DNA from: Streptomyces virus LukeCage
Taxonomy: Duplodnaviria; Heunggongvirae; Uroviricota; Caudoviricetes
Virus record (IMG/VR): IMGVR_UViG_2974629454_000001
Coordinates: 59,119-123,118 of that record
Length of the DNA stretch: 64,000 bases
Reading direction: 5' to 3' (one strand)
The notes beneath the pieces were generated by a model. The model searched no databases. It saw only the letters and a list, made by a program, of their open reading frames with translations, and had not been told where the DNA came from. The position numbers were made by a program, and so were the translations under genes. Shown here piece by piece: positions 53,528-62,998 of the stretch (its first letter is position 1; every line of letters starts with the position of its first letter).

Positions 53528-53567
53528 CAATTGAACAGGAGGGAATGTTTCCTTCCTGTTCTTTTGT
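53528..53567 (+). terminator. rho-independent terminator
   Basis: aacaggaggga atgtt tccttcctgtt cttttgt. Confidence 0.65.
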
Positions 53568-53603
53568 ATCTTACAAACAAATAAGCACTATCTAAGGAAA
53601 AAC

Positions 53604-53843
53604 ATGTCTGTTGTTCTGGATTACAATTCAGCCGATACGTTCGTCAATGAGCAGCGCAAGCTAAACAACGACGTTCGATGGGAAGGTTGGACACTAGTAT
53701 TCTTCCGCAAGAGTCGTAAGAATCTCGGTTGGAACAAGCGTGAAGGCGCTTACCGAAATGGCAACTGGGGCTTTGAGACTCGCGTAGCGGTGGACAATGA
53801 TGGGAAGTGGAGGGTACCTTCTCGCAATGTCCGGAATTCTTGA
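53604..53843 (+). CDS. hypothetical protein
   Basis: ORF track. Confidence 0.45.
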   Translation: MSVVLDYNSADTFVNEQRKLNNDVRWEGWTLVFFRKSRKNLGWNKREGAYRNGNWGFETRVAVDNDGKWRVPSRNVRNS

Positions 53844-54138
53844 ACAGAGGGGCATAAGTCCGGATGAAGTACAGTGGGAAGACTTGGCTCTGTGTCGTGG
53901 TCTTCCCACTTCCTTCTTCTTCGAGACTTACGAAGAGGATAAAATCTCTGCCCGATACGTAGATGAAATGTGCCTTCGCTGTCCTGTCATGAAACAATGT
54001 GCAATGGCAGCCAAGGAGAACTCAGGCTTCGGAGTTTGGGGCGGCGTTTATTGGAACGCTGCTAGAGTAGACAAGTATCGTAATGCTCACAAGACTCCGG
54101 AAACATGGGAGAGAATCAAGGAAAGGCTGAGTGAATGA
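53827..54138 (+). CDS. whiB: WhiB-like (Wbl) Fe-S transcription regulator
   Basis: Four Cys arranged C-Xn-C-X2-C-X5-C (LCRG...MCLRCPVMKQC) plus the GVWGG turn motif. Confidence 0.7.
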   Translation: MSGILEQRGISPDEVQWEDLALCRGLPTSFFFETYEEDKISARYVDEMCLRCPVMKQCAMAAKENSGFGVWGGVYWNAARVDKYRNAHKTPETWERIKERLSE

Positions 54139-54443
54139 GCGTAGAGAACGCCTTTGCGCTCATGGCCATAGACAACGCTAGGAAGGCGTTCAGGGAATTC
54201 AGGTTTGAGTCTGGCACAGGATTCACGTGTGACCTTGTTCAATACCCTGCAACGCAGCATGACGTTCCTAACTTTGCTCTGCGAGCCTATAGCAGCACCT
54301 TTGATCACCTCTCTGAACACAACAGGATGTTGATCACCGAGCAGATCAGCGACCTGATTAAAAAGATCCGTTCTCTTGGTGTAAACTGTATTTTGGAGGT
54401 CCATGATGCACCGGGAAAGCCAAGTGGTTCTGGTAGTCAGTGA
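54135..54443 (+). CDS. hypothetical protein
   Basis: ORF track. Confidence 0.45.
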   Translation: MSVENAFALMAIDNARKAFREFRFESGTGFTCDLVQYPATQHDVPNFALRAYSSTFDHLSEHNRMLITEQISDLIKKIRSLGVNCILEVHDAPGKPSGSGSQ

Positions 54444-54578
54444 AGGTGTCTACGGAATAATCACCGAAGTTCATAGTTATATGTGCAAGGTCAAGTATTC
54501 TGTAGGCGGAATCGAATTCAACGAGTATTTCGATAACGATGATCTTGAGGTCATCGGAGAGATTGGATATGAAGAGGA

Positions 54579-54809
54579 GTGAGCGAACTGGTTTGTCAGA
54601 TTTGTGACAAGCAAAGAAATTCACTGGTGAATTACAAGTCACGGCTCAATCCATCCATGGATTTCGTGGTTTGCTCCGAATGCGCGGCAAACGAACGTGA
54701 GCCTAGATGGCTTATAATTCTGATGGCTCGTTCAGGCACCAACGTAGACAGATGGCGAAACGATAGACTCTACGTTGGTGGAGACATCACCGATGAACAT
54801 TTGAATTAA
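54579..54809 (+). CDS. Zn-ribbon protein
   Basis: CQICDKQ...CSECAAN. Confidence 0.45.
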   Translation: MSELVCQICDKQRNSLVNYKSRLNPSMDFVVCSECAANEREPRWLIILMARSGTNVDRWRNDRLYVGGDITDEHLN

Positions 54810-54880
54810 GCCATCAGGCCGGGTATACTAGCCAAGACTAGGGAACTATGGGGTTCGAATCCCTACCGGCCGCAATAAAT
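54810..54880 (+). other. mini tRNA-like element (acceptor-like stem plus canonical T arm; too short for a full tRNA)
   Basis: ggccgg ... tggggttcgaatcccta ccggcc. Confidence 0.3.
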
Positions 54881-54898
54881 CCCCTTGACGGGAGGATA

Positions 54899-55147
54899 AT
54901 GTACTTTGATGACGAGTATTCAACAGCAGAATGCATAAAGGATCTCACAAAAAGCATCTGGATCACCATTAAGCTTGTATTGAGATCAGAAGCAACTCCG
55001 GAAGAAATCTCCGGTGCTGCTGAAAAGGCCCAATTTCTGCGTCTATACATCACTAGGTATCACAACAAGAGAATGACAGCGTTGACTGATACTGAAATTT
55101 GGCTGGCACAAGAAGTGGCCGAGGCTGTTGAGGACTTGATTGATTGA
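54899..55147 (+). CDS. hypothetical protein
   Basis: Shine-Dalgarno GGGAGGA; trimmed from ORF 54848-55147. Confidence 0.45.
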   Translation: MYFDDEYSTAECIKDLTKSIWITIKLVLRSEATPEEISGAAEKAQFLRLYITRYHNKRMTALTDTEIWLAQEVAEAVEDLID

Positions 55148-55172
55148 CTTTTAACTCATCAATGATTACAAT

Positions 55173-55580
55173 TTGCATATGTCCAAGATATCAGCAGTTC
55201 TAGTCAAAGCTTACGCACATCCCCTCGTGATTATCGAGGTGATTATAGCTGTTGGTCTTTTGGTCTCCGGATTGTATGCGATGAGTTGGTTGTATCAGCC
55301 TAGCGCCACGACACCTTTGGGGCAGGCAATTGATTCAACTTACGTGAGAATGACTATAGGGGCTTTCTATGCTTCCGCTTCATTGGCGATTATAGCCGGT
55401 GCTAAAAGAGGTAGCATGGTACTAGAGTCAACTGGTCTATTTATGGCATCATTGAGCTACGGTTTCATGACACTGCTCAGATGGCTAACAATTGGGTTCG
55501 TACCTTTGACATGGGTATTCAGCCTTACTCTTATGCTCATCGTGGCATTCCTATACTTTAGGATAAGGTTGCTGAGATGA
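55173..55580 (+). CDS. polytopic membrane protein
   Basis: Four predicted transmembrane helices. Confidence 0.55.
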   Translation: MHMSKISAVLVKAYAHPLVIIEVIIAVGLLVSGLYAMSWLYQPSATTPLGQAIDSTYVRMTIGAFYASASLAIIAGAKRGSMVLESTGLFMASLSYGFMTLLRWLTIGFVPLTWVFSLTLMLIVAFLYFRIRLLR

Positions 55581-55879
55581 TGCCCGAGATGACTACGGCT
55601 TGGATTGCCCTTTTGGGAACAGTGCTGGGTGGGGTTGGACTTAAGTTTGTCGAACACTGGCTCAGTCGTAGCAAGGTTCGGGATGATACTGCCGCTCAGC
55701 TTAGAAATGAGCTAAGGACTGAAATTCAGGGCCTCAAGCAAGAGCTGAACAATGTTGAAGCCGACCTAGACAAGTGGCGCGGAAAGTATTACGAATTGAT
55801 GGACAACTTCATCAAGGTAAAGAGTGAGCTAGAAGCAGCCATGAGGCAGCTACAAAACAATCAACCCCCTAGCCCATAA
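55577..55879 (+). CDS. membrane-anchored coiled-coil protein
   Basis: N-terminal transmembrane helix then coiled coil; a terminator ccctagc-ccataa-gctaggg follows. Confidence 0.5.
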   Translation: MMPEMTTAWIALLGTVLGGVGLKFVEHWLSRSKVRDDTAAQLRNELRTEIQGLKQELNNVEADLDKWRGKYYELMDNFIKVKSELEAAMRQLQNNQPPSP

Positions 55880-55910
55880 GCTAGGGGTGTTGTGCTAAGT
55901 AAGGAGCACT

Positions 55911-56102
55911 ATGCAAACAGTTGCGGAACGTCCGCTAAGGAAGACAGAAGACCGTTGCGACAAGTGCAACGCTCAGGCATTCGTAATTGCAGAAAAGGGA
56001 GATCTGGCCCTTCTCTTCTGCGGGCATCATGGCAAGCAATACAAGCAATCACTTGAAGTAAAGGGATGGAGTCTACTAGACTTCACAGACGAGATCGGAT
56101 GA
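55911..56102 (+). CDS. Zn-ribbon protein
   Basis: CDKCN...CGHH. Confidence 0.45.
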   Translation: MQTVAERPLRKTEDRCDKCNAQAFVIAEKGDLALLFCGHHGKQYKQSLEVKGWSLLDFTDEIG

Positions 56103-56105
56103 TCA

Positions 56106-56327
56106 ATGGGTTACATCGAAGTATGGGTAGATGAAGAGGAATTCGAGGAAGGGTTCCTTGACGCACTACGCGACGGAGAGTATGATGAACATGTGAAGAG
56201 AAGGGCTGAGGCTCTAGGTCTAGACTTCTCAATTGCTCAGACATATCATGAGATTCTGCATCCACAGGGTGTGTTGACAGTGGGCCGGTGCAGAGAGTAT
56301 CCTTGTAATCAAGTCGAGGAGGACTGA
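56106..56327 (+). CDS. hypothetical acidic protein
   Basis: ORF track. Confidence 0.45.
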   Translation: MGYIEVWVDEEEFEEGFLDALRDGEYDEHVKRRAEALGLDFSIAQTYHEILHPQGVLTVGRCREYPCNQVEED

Positions 56328-56509
56328 TGGAACAGTATCCACGAACAAGGGCGCTCTGCCGAGATGACTATGAGCGAAAGTTCTTTGATGGACTCTTGAC
56401 CATGGTCAATTGTGATTATGCCAAATATCATCACACATACTGGCAAGCAGCTCATGATGCTCTGAACAACTACATGGAAATGCTGCTCAATCGAGAGGTT
56501 CGAAAGTGA
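56327..56509 (+). CDS. hypothetical protein
   Basis: ORF track. Confidence 0.45.
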   Translation: MEQYPRTRALCRDDYERKFFDGLLTMVNCDYAKYHHTYWQAAHDALNNYMEMLLNREVRK

Positions 56510-56940
56510 ACGTTGGAGACGTCGTAATTCTCAAGAATGACCCCGATGCTGGTACTGGCTGGGAAGGTCTGCGATGCAGGGTTGTTGAGAACGATGCAAA
56601 GCCAGGATACATGTGGGTTCAGCCGCTGTCTGATCGTCCCGATGGATTTGCAACTTCTCGATTCTTCTGGAAGACGCGACTCATGGAGATCGAAGGTGTA
56701 ACCAGTACTCAGCCTGCCGGGGACTCCTTGCCAGTTGGCACACGGGTGATGATTGTCAACACTTACGAAGAAGTTCTCCAGAAGCCATTTCTTGAGAAGT
56801 GGCAAGGTCTCATCGGTCGAACAACTGGAAAGCCTTTCAATGGTAAGGTTCGCATAAGGCTGGATGGTCCTCGTCCTGACGGGATTGACAACGATTCAAA
56901 TGATTTCTTCTGGAATCTAACTGGTCTGATGACTGATTGA
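56506..56940 (+). CDS. hypothetical protein (GTG start)
   Basis: ORF track; a gcccttcggggc hairpin follows. Confidence 0.5.
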   Translation: MNVGDVVILKNDPDAGTGWEGLRCRVVENDAKPGYMWVQPLSDRPDGFATSRFFWKTRLMEIEGVTSTQPAGDSLPVGTRVMIVNTYEEVLQKPFLEKWQGLIGRTTGKPFNGKVRIRLDGPRPDGIDNDSNDFFWNLTGLMTD

Positions 56941-56961
56941 TCCAGTGCCCTTCGGGGCTAT

Positions 56962-57041
56962 TCCCCAGTTGCTCTGTTTGGCAGGGGCCGCCTGACTTTG
57001 AATCAGGATTAGCGACGTAGGTTCGAATCCTACCTGGGGAG
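56962..57041 (+). tRNA. tRNA-Gln(UUG) with an enlarged D loop and a 9-nt variable region
   Basis: Perfect acceptor tccccag/ctgggga (U1-A72, as in E. coli Gln); anticodon arm cctga-ctttgaa-tcagg; T arm gtaggttcgaatcctac. Confidence 0.6.
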
Positions 57042-57068
57042 CTTCCAATTCCAATACGAGGGGTATCA

Positions 57069-57314
57069 ATGGCTGCTGTATTCAGCTTTAATGATCCAAA
57101 GAAGAAGCCAGTAAATAAGGTTGATTTCGTAAAGGTAAAGGGTGCTCCGCGAGGACTCAAGAAGTGGAACAACGTCATCTGTATGGTGATGAGTGTGCCT
57201 CTTCCTGATGGCACAGTGCTTCTGTCAATTGAGAAGAACAAGCCAGCGGATTATGATCAGAGGATTGTTTACATTCCAACTCAGTACCTTTATCTTCACG
57301 AGAAGAGGACTTGA
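57069..57314 (+). CDS. hypothetical protein
   Basis: ORF track. Confidence 0.45.
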   Translation: MAAVFSFNDPKKKPVNKVDFVKVKGAPRGLKKWNNVICMVMSVPLPDGTVLLSIEKNKPADYDQRIVYIPTQYLYLHEKRT

Positions 57315-57324
57315 TTTGAAAGAC

Positions 57325-57519
57325 ATGGCTGGCAACACTCTTTATGGCAACAGCACAGTAGAGCTGTATCACGACGGACCTTGGAGTGGCTTCCGAGCTA
57401 AAGTATTAAATAAGCGTGGGGAAAACCTCGTGTGGCTTTCTCCATTAGCTCCTAGGCCCGATGGGAACGGTATGAACAAGTTCGTATGGCCACTAAACAG
57501 TTTGACGGTGGTCGGATAA
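57325..57519 (+). CDS. hypothetical protein
   Basis: Trimmed from ORF 57193-57519. Confidence 0.4.
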   Translation: MAGNTLYGNSTVELYHDGPWSGFRAKVLNKRGENLVWLSPLAPRPDGNGMNKFVWPLNSLTVVG

Positions 57520-57551
57520 TCAACTACTATAGAGGTAGTTGAAAGGAAGAC

Positions 57552-57761
57552 ATGGACGAATACAGATTGACTGTGGAAGGAGCGGTTCTAGACTCAGACA
57601 AGGCTGCGATTGCAAGTCTTAATAAGGGTTTCGGACTGCTTCTTTCTATTTTGACAGAGCAGATCGAAGATCCAGATCATTACACTCAACAGGCATTCAT
57701 TGTGTCAGCACAACTGCATGACGCTGTGGCTATGTATCTTGAGAGACATGGTGAATGGTGA
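57552..57761 (+). CDS. hypothetical protein
   Basis: ORF track. Confidence 0.45.
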   Translation: MDEYRLTVEGAVLDSDKAAIASLNKGFGLLLSILTEQIEDPDHYTQQAFIVSAQLHDAVAMYLERHGEW

Positions 57762-58018
57762 CAGAACTTGCTGAGGAAATCAAGAAGCTTTTCGATGAGA
57801 AGCAATATCGCTGGAGAGTAAACGGAAGGCTTAAGAAGCCAACACTGCGCGACTTGACAGACGCCCTTGAAAAGATTCAGGATAAGCTCAAGGACGAGCC
57901 GTTGGGCTCATGGGTTTATGTTGGCCGTCTGATTGTCGTAAAAGATGTGGAGGGCAAGCTGGACGTTTATGTTCATCACGGAACAATTGAAGAGGAAAAT
58001 GCGAACGCTGATCAATAA
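57755..58018 (+). CDS. hypothetical protein
   Basis: ORF track. Confidence 0.45.
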   Translation: MVTELAEEIKKLFDEKQYRWRVNGRLKKPTLRDLTDALEKIQDKLKDEPLGSWVYVGRLIVVKDVEGKLDVYVHHGTIEEENANADQ

Positions 58019-58048
58019 GCTTCGCAAAGTCATCTACGAAGGAATTAA

Positions 58049-58468
58049 ATGAACAAATACGAGTTCCCTTACACCGATCACTTCACCGCAAACAGCAGCG
58101 TAATTGACGCTGTGTATTTCAACAAGAGCGAGCAGAAGCTAGCTGTCCTTTTCAATCGTGGTGATGTTCAGGTTTATAGCGGTGTGAGTGCAGATGAGTT
58201 CAGTCGTATGCATTCAGCTCTGAGTGTTGGCGTTTACTACAACAGCAAAATTCGTGGGCGATACAATTCAGAAGGCTGGGGAGATAGGGTCAAGTTCTAC
58301 AAGCTGGTAGACAAGAAGCCGCTTGAGATGCATCCTGAGTTCAACACTGTTGAAGAGAAGTCCGGCGACGTTCATGTAACTGTTAACATTTACGTCAATG
58401 GTAATCCGGAGGACATTGCAAAGGCTGTCGAGCGCCTTGCTCCGTCATTCCGAGCTATGAGGAGGTAA
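58049..58468 (+). CDS. hypothetical protein
   Basis: ORF track. Confidence 0.5.
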   Translation: MNKYEFPYTDHFTANSSVIDAVYFNKSEQKLAVLFNRGDVQVYSGVSADEFSRMHSALSVGVYYNSKIRGRYNSEGWGDRVKFYKLVDKKPLEMHPEFNTVEEKSGDVHVTVNIYVNGNPEDIAKAVERLAPSFRAMRR

Positions 58469-58477
58469 GATATTCTA

Positions 58478-58774
58478 GTGAATGTTGCCTCTCCTTCTGC
58501 ATTGGAGGAGCAGGTAAAGGAAAGAGCACTGGTTGTCTTTTCTGCCCCAGCGTGGTGTGCGCCTTGTCGTGCACTTGCGCCACATGTCATTGCACTAAGC
58601 GAAGAAGTTGACTATCCTATCGTTTATGTGGACATCGATGAGGCTGAGGCAATTAGAGTAATGTACGATGTCATGTCAGTGCCGCGTATTTATGAATTCG
58701 TCAACGGCGAACCTACACGCGAACTAAAGGGCCGTACGATTCTAGCTCTACGAACGGAATTGGCCGCTGAGTAA
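58478..58774 (+). CDS. thioredoxin
   Basis: WCAPC active site within a thioredoxin-sized protein. Confidence 0.75.
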   Translation: MNVASPSALEEQVKERALVVFSAPAWCAPCRALAPHVIALSEEVDYPIVYVDIDEAEAIRVMYDVMSVPRIYEFVNGEPTRELKGRTILALRTELAAE

Positions 58775-59152
58775 TCAGCGGCCTTTGCCGTACCTTGACA
58801 GATAATCTGCACGAGAGTATGGTTTAACCATGAACGTTTACATAGCACAGGTAATTGGTTTGATTCTGGGCGTTGTCGGAGTGATTATAGGTCACTACTC
58901 ATATGAGTTGACAAGCCGTATAACTGATTCGAAGGGGATGATCATATGACGTGTGCTGCGTGTGGTGGTGAGTGCGACGAAACTATTTGTTTCGAAACAT
59001 TTGGCGACAAGATGAGACGGTTCTTCTTCTGTAGTATCTCACATCGTGCCGCCTGGTTCTTCGGATGGATGGTATGAGAATTATTTTAATAGGAGGGGTC
59101 ATAGTATGGCTCCTTCTTATTCTTTTTATTTGTAGGTGGTTCTACGTAATCA

Positions 59153-59650
59153 GTGAGAGGCGAGAACGTGAGGGTAAGTCCGATCGTGAAGTTCGTTGGT
59201 GAGGATTACTACCTCTCCAATTTCTATTCAGCTCCAGTAAAGCTAGGCAATCTCACATTCAAGACTAATGAGGCTGCCTTTCAGGCGTCTAAGTATCGGG
59301 CGATGACTGGCACACAGCAAGAGCAGTACGCATATATTGCTGCAATTCTTGATTGTGAAAAGCCTGGTGAGACTAAGAAGCTTGGCAAGCAAGTAGCAAT
59401 AGACCTTGACAAATGGGAGCAAATCAAGGTACGTTGTATGAGAGACATTGTACGAGCGAAGTTCGATCAGAACCAAGATCTAAAGACTAAGCTCATGGCA
59501 ACAGGTGCAGCTCTACTAGTTGAAGGTAATGACTGGGGAGATACATTTTGGGGCCGGTGCAACGGTAAGGGTGGTAATGTCCTTGGCTCCATACTAATGG
59601 AACTAAGAGGCTTCTACTACTGGTCAGAGATGGATTCAGTTAACTTCTGA
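59153..59650 (+). CDS. NADAR/YbiA-like (DUF1768) domain protein
   Basis: NFYSAPVKLGNLTFKTNEAAFQASKY fits the NADAR signature. Confidence 0.6.
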   Translation: MRGENVRVSPIVKFVGEDYYLSNFYSAPVKLGNLTFKTNEAAFQASKYRAMTGTQQEQYAYIAAILDCEKPGETKKLGKQVAIDLDKWEQIKVRCMRDIVRAKFDQNQDLKTKLMATGAALLVEGNDWGDTFWGRCNGKGGNVLGSILMELRGFYYWSEMDSVNF

Positions 59651-59653
59651 GAG

Positions 59654-60151
59654 GTGCTAATGGCACTAATGAACGATCTCGTTCGCATGAGTGATGCCGA
59701 GATCTCAAACAAGTTTAAGGGCCTTGTCGAGGGCTATGCCAAGGATCTTGCTAAGAGCAACAAGAGCAAGGGCGACCCTGGAACAGCTTCTATCGCCTCT
59801 GTGCGAGTCGGTAAGGTAAAGAGAAAGAAGGGGCAGCTAATCCCCTCACAGATCCTTCTTGCAATGCGTGCAGCCATCTGGAAGATGGGATGGGCACAAG
59901 GTGTTCTTCAAGACGAAGAGGGAAAGCTGTGTCTTCGTGGAGCAATGGTGTGGCTCTATCGTAAGGGCTATTTCCATCAGGAAGACGGCGACATTGCTGC
60001 ACAGTGGCTTCACGATGAAGTTCGCAGGAAGAATGGCGATGCGCAGAAGTACAATTTCATTTACTGGAACAATGATCCCCGCCGCACCCTTGCAGAGATT
60101 CTAAAGATTCTGGAGGATGCAGGTAATCGTGCCAAGCTGGCAGGAGAGTGA
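59654..60151 (+). CDS. hypothetical protein
   Basis: ORF track. Confidence 0.5.
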   Translation: MLMALMNDLVRMSDAEISNKFKGLVEGYAKDLAKSNKSKGDPGTASIASVRVGKVKRKKGQLIPSQILLAMRAAIWKMGWAQGVLQDEEGKLCLRGAMVWLYRKGYFHQEDGDIAAQWLHDEVRRKNGDAQKYNFIYWNNDPRRTLAEILKILEDAGNRAKLAGE

Positions 60152-60563
60152 CTGGGAGCTAGCTGGATATCTATCCGCTGAGGATTTTCAGCTAGCTCAG
60201 GTACAATGGGAAAGAGTAGCGGAGGAGCTGGTAACGCTACGAGATCGAATGCGAGAAATAGGCCCGGTGGCAGAGGCTGCCTCTATTTCTCTCAATGCAT
60301 TCAGAGAGGCACAGGATATGGCAGTGGACATTCGACACAGCGAATACCCAATGCGTGATGGTTATGGAACCTATTGGTATGACCCAAGTGGTTTCCATGG
60401 TGATCACGAAGAGAATTGTTTCATCTGTGGGGAGTTCACCAACAGAGTAGACATTGATTATCATGGCTACTTCTGCAATTCAGACGAGTGCAACGAAGTC
60501 ATTCGTAAGGATCTTGAACGTCTGAACGGTGGTCCGGAGGAAACAAATGAAAATCGGGATTGA
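60117..60563 (+). CDS. hypothetical Cys-containing protein
   Basis: ORF track; CFICGEF...CNSDEC. Confidence 0.45.
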   Translation: MQVIVPSWQESDWELAGYLSAEDFQLAQVQWERVAEELVTLRDRMREIGPVAEAASISLNAFREAQDMAVDIRHSEYPMRDGYGTYWYDPSGFHGDHEENCFICGEFTNRVDIDYHGYFCNSDECNEVIRKDLERLNGGPEETNENRD

Positions 60564-60774
60564 GATCAAGACGCTCAACAAGAACATGTTCTTCTCAGAC
60601 TTGCTAGACTTGTCAGACAAGACAGAGGATGAGCGAGAGCAGGTTGTCAACACTATCGAAGATGTTCTAGATGGTGTTGCCTCCGGTTCAGGAATCGGCA
60701 TTAAGGTAGAGGGAAAGCACATCGCCATCCCTTCTAGCGCAATTGAATACGCAACAACCTACGAAGCTGATTGA
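60547..60774 (+). CDS. hypothetical protein
   Basis: GGAGGA Shine-Dalgarno. Confidence 0.45.
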   Translation: MKIGIEIKTLNKNMFFSDLLDLSDKTEDEREQVVNTIEDVLDGVASGSGIGIKVEGKHIAIPSSAIEYATTYEAD

Positions 60775-60809
60775 CAAATCCATATGTTCTGATCTAGCAT
60801 AAGAACATT

Positions 60810-61046
60810 ATGAGATATACAATTGTAAAGGAGTCTCTGAAAAGAGGCAGAGTGGTGGAAGGCTACAACTACTGCATCCTTGATACCAAGGTAGACAGAG
60901 TAGTCTTTCGCCATTCATCCGAATTCAAAGCTGAGTTCATCAAGGACTCTTTCAATGAGGCAAACGTCAGTAGCCGATTCGAGTATGAATTGCCAGGCAA
61001 CGAGAGCATTGAAGATCTAGATGATTCAGCATTTCAAGGGGAATAA
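60810..61046 (+). CDS. hypothetical protein
   Basis: ORF track. Confidence 0.45.
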   Translation: MRYTIVKESLKRGRVVEGYNYCILDTKVDRVVFRHSSEFKAEFIKDSFNEANVSSRFEYELPGNESIEDLDDSAFQGE

Positions 61047-61325
61047 ATGCTGGAGAAAATGGCCTGGCGATATCTGGCCCGGCGCATGGAGTCCCATCGT
61101 AAAGCAGGTAGACATCACGATGCAGATCACATCAGAGCAGCCCTTGCAACTAGACCACAGAAGCAATGCGCCCTCTGCTGCATAATGGAGAATACAGACT
61201 GGCTTGCATGGGCATCACGGTTTGATCCGTCCTTTAACATGGACGAAGACAAGGAACTGTATGGAAGTGCTACTAGTAATGCCGCCCGGTTTAGAGATGT
61301 GGTTCGGAGAAGTGGACTGGACTGA
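61047..61325 (+). CDS. hypothetical protein
   Basis: ORF track; terminator hairpin ggactacc-gattt-ggtagtcc ttttcc at 61349-61382. Confidence 0.45.
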   Translation: MLEKMAWRYLARRMESHRKAGRHHDADHIRAALATRPQKQCALCCIMENTDWLAWASRFDPSFNMDEDKELYGSATSNAARFRDVVRRSGLD

Positions 61326-61380
61326 CGAATACTGGGACGAGGACGAGGACTACCGATTTGGTAGTCCTTTTCCGTTTTCC

Positions 61381-61446
61381 TGGATTTTTAGTCAACGACT
61401 GATTTTTTAGTCACGAACTGATTGGCCAGATTTTTAGTCACAAAAA
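61381..61446. repeat. three direct repeats of GATTTTT(T)AGTCA(C)
   Basis: Seen at 61385, 61403 and 61431. Confidence 0.6.
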
Positions 61447-61693
61447 GCCCGGTGGCTAGAGTTCCCCCATACATATAAGACTCATAAGACATAACCATAT
61501 AAGACTAGACAATCAAGACAGAGCAGACAGAAGGCTTCATACGCCTTTGTAATAAAGAAGGCATAGTCAGACACGTCAATCAATTAAAGCAATGCGAGAA
61601 GCGAACGTAGGCATGCTGACAGCCTTGTTGAGAGACTGATGTGAGATGGCAGTAGACAGGGGAATAAGCAGAGTATCTTGATGTCGAGCTAAG

Positions 61694-61726
61694 TTATCCA
61701 CAGGTAGATGCACAGGTTGTGGATAA
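61694..61726. promoter_or_regulatory. inverted pair of perfect DnaA-box consensus nonamers (TTATCCACA ... TGTGGATAA), 15 bp apart
   Basis: Exact match to the E. coli-type DnaA box in both orientations, inside a 1.3-kb gene-free divergent region. Confidence 0.5.
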
Positions 61727-62089
61727 CTTTTGAAGATTCATATTTAATCTTCTATTGAGACACTAACTAAAAGATAGTGTGTAATGGTGCAGGTAATCGA
61801 AAGGTTTCGTAAGCACATTTCCTTCATTTCTAAGGTCAGAAGGGGGTTCCAGCCTTCAATATGCAGCCAACATAGCCAGCCAGCCTAATAAAGTATCGAT
61901 TCAAGGGTGTAGACGGCCTCTAAAAACCAGCAAAAATAGCCCCAAAACCTGCCAAATCTGCCAATAATCGGCCCAAATCCTTCGAAAACACAGTATTTCC
62001 CCGAGATTTTACACTCATTCGTAAAGCCGAAGGCAGATAGACCTTAGAATCATAGGTCAGATTGTCTATTTAGCCTTAGATTCACAGCC

Positions 62090-62170
62090 AGACTACTCAA
62101 TTGATCAATCAGCCTACTATGACAGCCAAAGTATGCAGCCATGGCTATACAGCCTGCATACTCAGCCAAG
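62090..62170. repeat. six (A/T)CAGCC repeats at about 13-bp period
   Basis: acagcca, tcagcct, acagcca, gcagcca, acagcct, tcagcca. Confidence 0.55.
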
Positions 62171-62184
62171 ACAGATTGATTGTG

Positions 62185-62360
62185 TTGTGTCTTATATGTA
62201 GAATTGACCCGGTGGAGTATTGGTTGGCTCTCTATGTCTTATATACAAGGACACCTAATGCCACCGGCCAACAATCTCTCCTTGTCCTATGTCTTATATC
62301 AGAAAACAGAAGAAGCCTCCCAAAAAGCGGGAGGCTTTGTTTCATGTCTTATATAAGACA
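62185..62360. repeat. four copies of ATGTCTTATAT at 45-55 bp spacing; the inverse motif TATAAGAC occurs three times at 61470-61510
   Basis: Seen at 62191, 62236, 62289 and 62344. Confidence 0.6.
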
Positions 62361-62684
62361 GACCGAACTAGCAATCAGAATCTTCCGCAGATTTTAGAGC
62401 CATTCGTAAATGCGCTTCGATGATCTTTGTCAGATCTTCCGGGAATTTCAGGCCCATTCGTAAAGGGCGAAAACTCGGACATGTAGGACAAATCAAAAAT
62501 CAGACTGGTAGTCATTGTGTTAGTTAGGCTAAGCAATGAACCGGGGCGGTTAAATTGAAAGGTCCCTGGGTTGCAGCCGACCATCTGCTATTTAACCCCT
62601 TGCCCGAATGGACTGATAGGGGACCCAGGAACACACCTTATGACCTCACTACAATAGTGTAACAAGGTCATTGCTCTGTGTCAA

Positions 62685-62927
62685 TCACCACTGCAATTCG
62701 TCAGTGACGTTGTAGTGCGAGACGAACGGCACGACCCAACGGGAATTCAGGAGCTTTCCCTTCTCCTCCCACAGAGTGAGAGTGCCAGTCTTGACATCGA
62801 ACTCGATGCCATTGTCCATGATGCCTGTGAACTCCAGCTCCCTTCGAACACCCTCTTCGAGAACGATCACAGTCACAGTGCGAGTCATGTTCTGTCCCTT
62901 CGTTGATACTAGTCTAACAGAGTACAA
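62685..62927 (-). CDS. hypothetical protein (first - strand gene after the divergent region)
   Basis: ORF track. Confidence 0.5.
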   Translation of the reverse strand: MYSVRLVSTKGQNMTRTVTVIVLEEGVRRELEFTGIMDNGIEFDVKTGTLTLWEEKGKLLNSRWVVPFVSHYNVTDELQW

Positions 62928-62959
62928 GGGAGCTGTCTACCACCGGGCCAAAATAACCG

Positions 62960-62992
62960 GGGCGGCCAAAAGCCCCCGCCTAAGCGGGGGCC
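62960..62992 (-). terminator. rho-independent terminator for the upstream - strand gene
   Basis: On the - strand, a gcccccgc-ttag-gcgggggc hairpin followed by ttttggcc. Confidence 0.55.
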
Positions 62993-62998
62993 GTTGAC

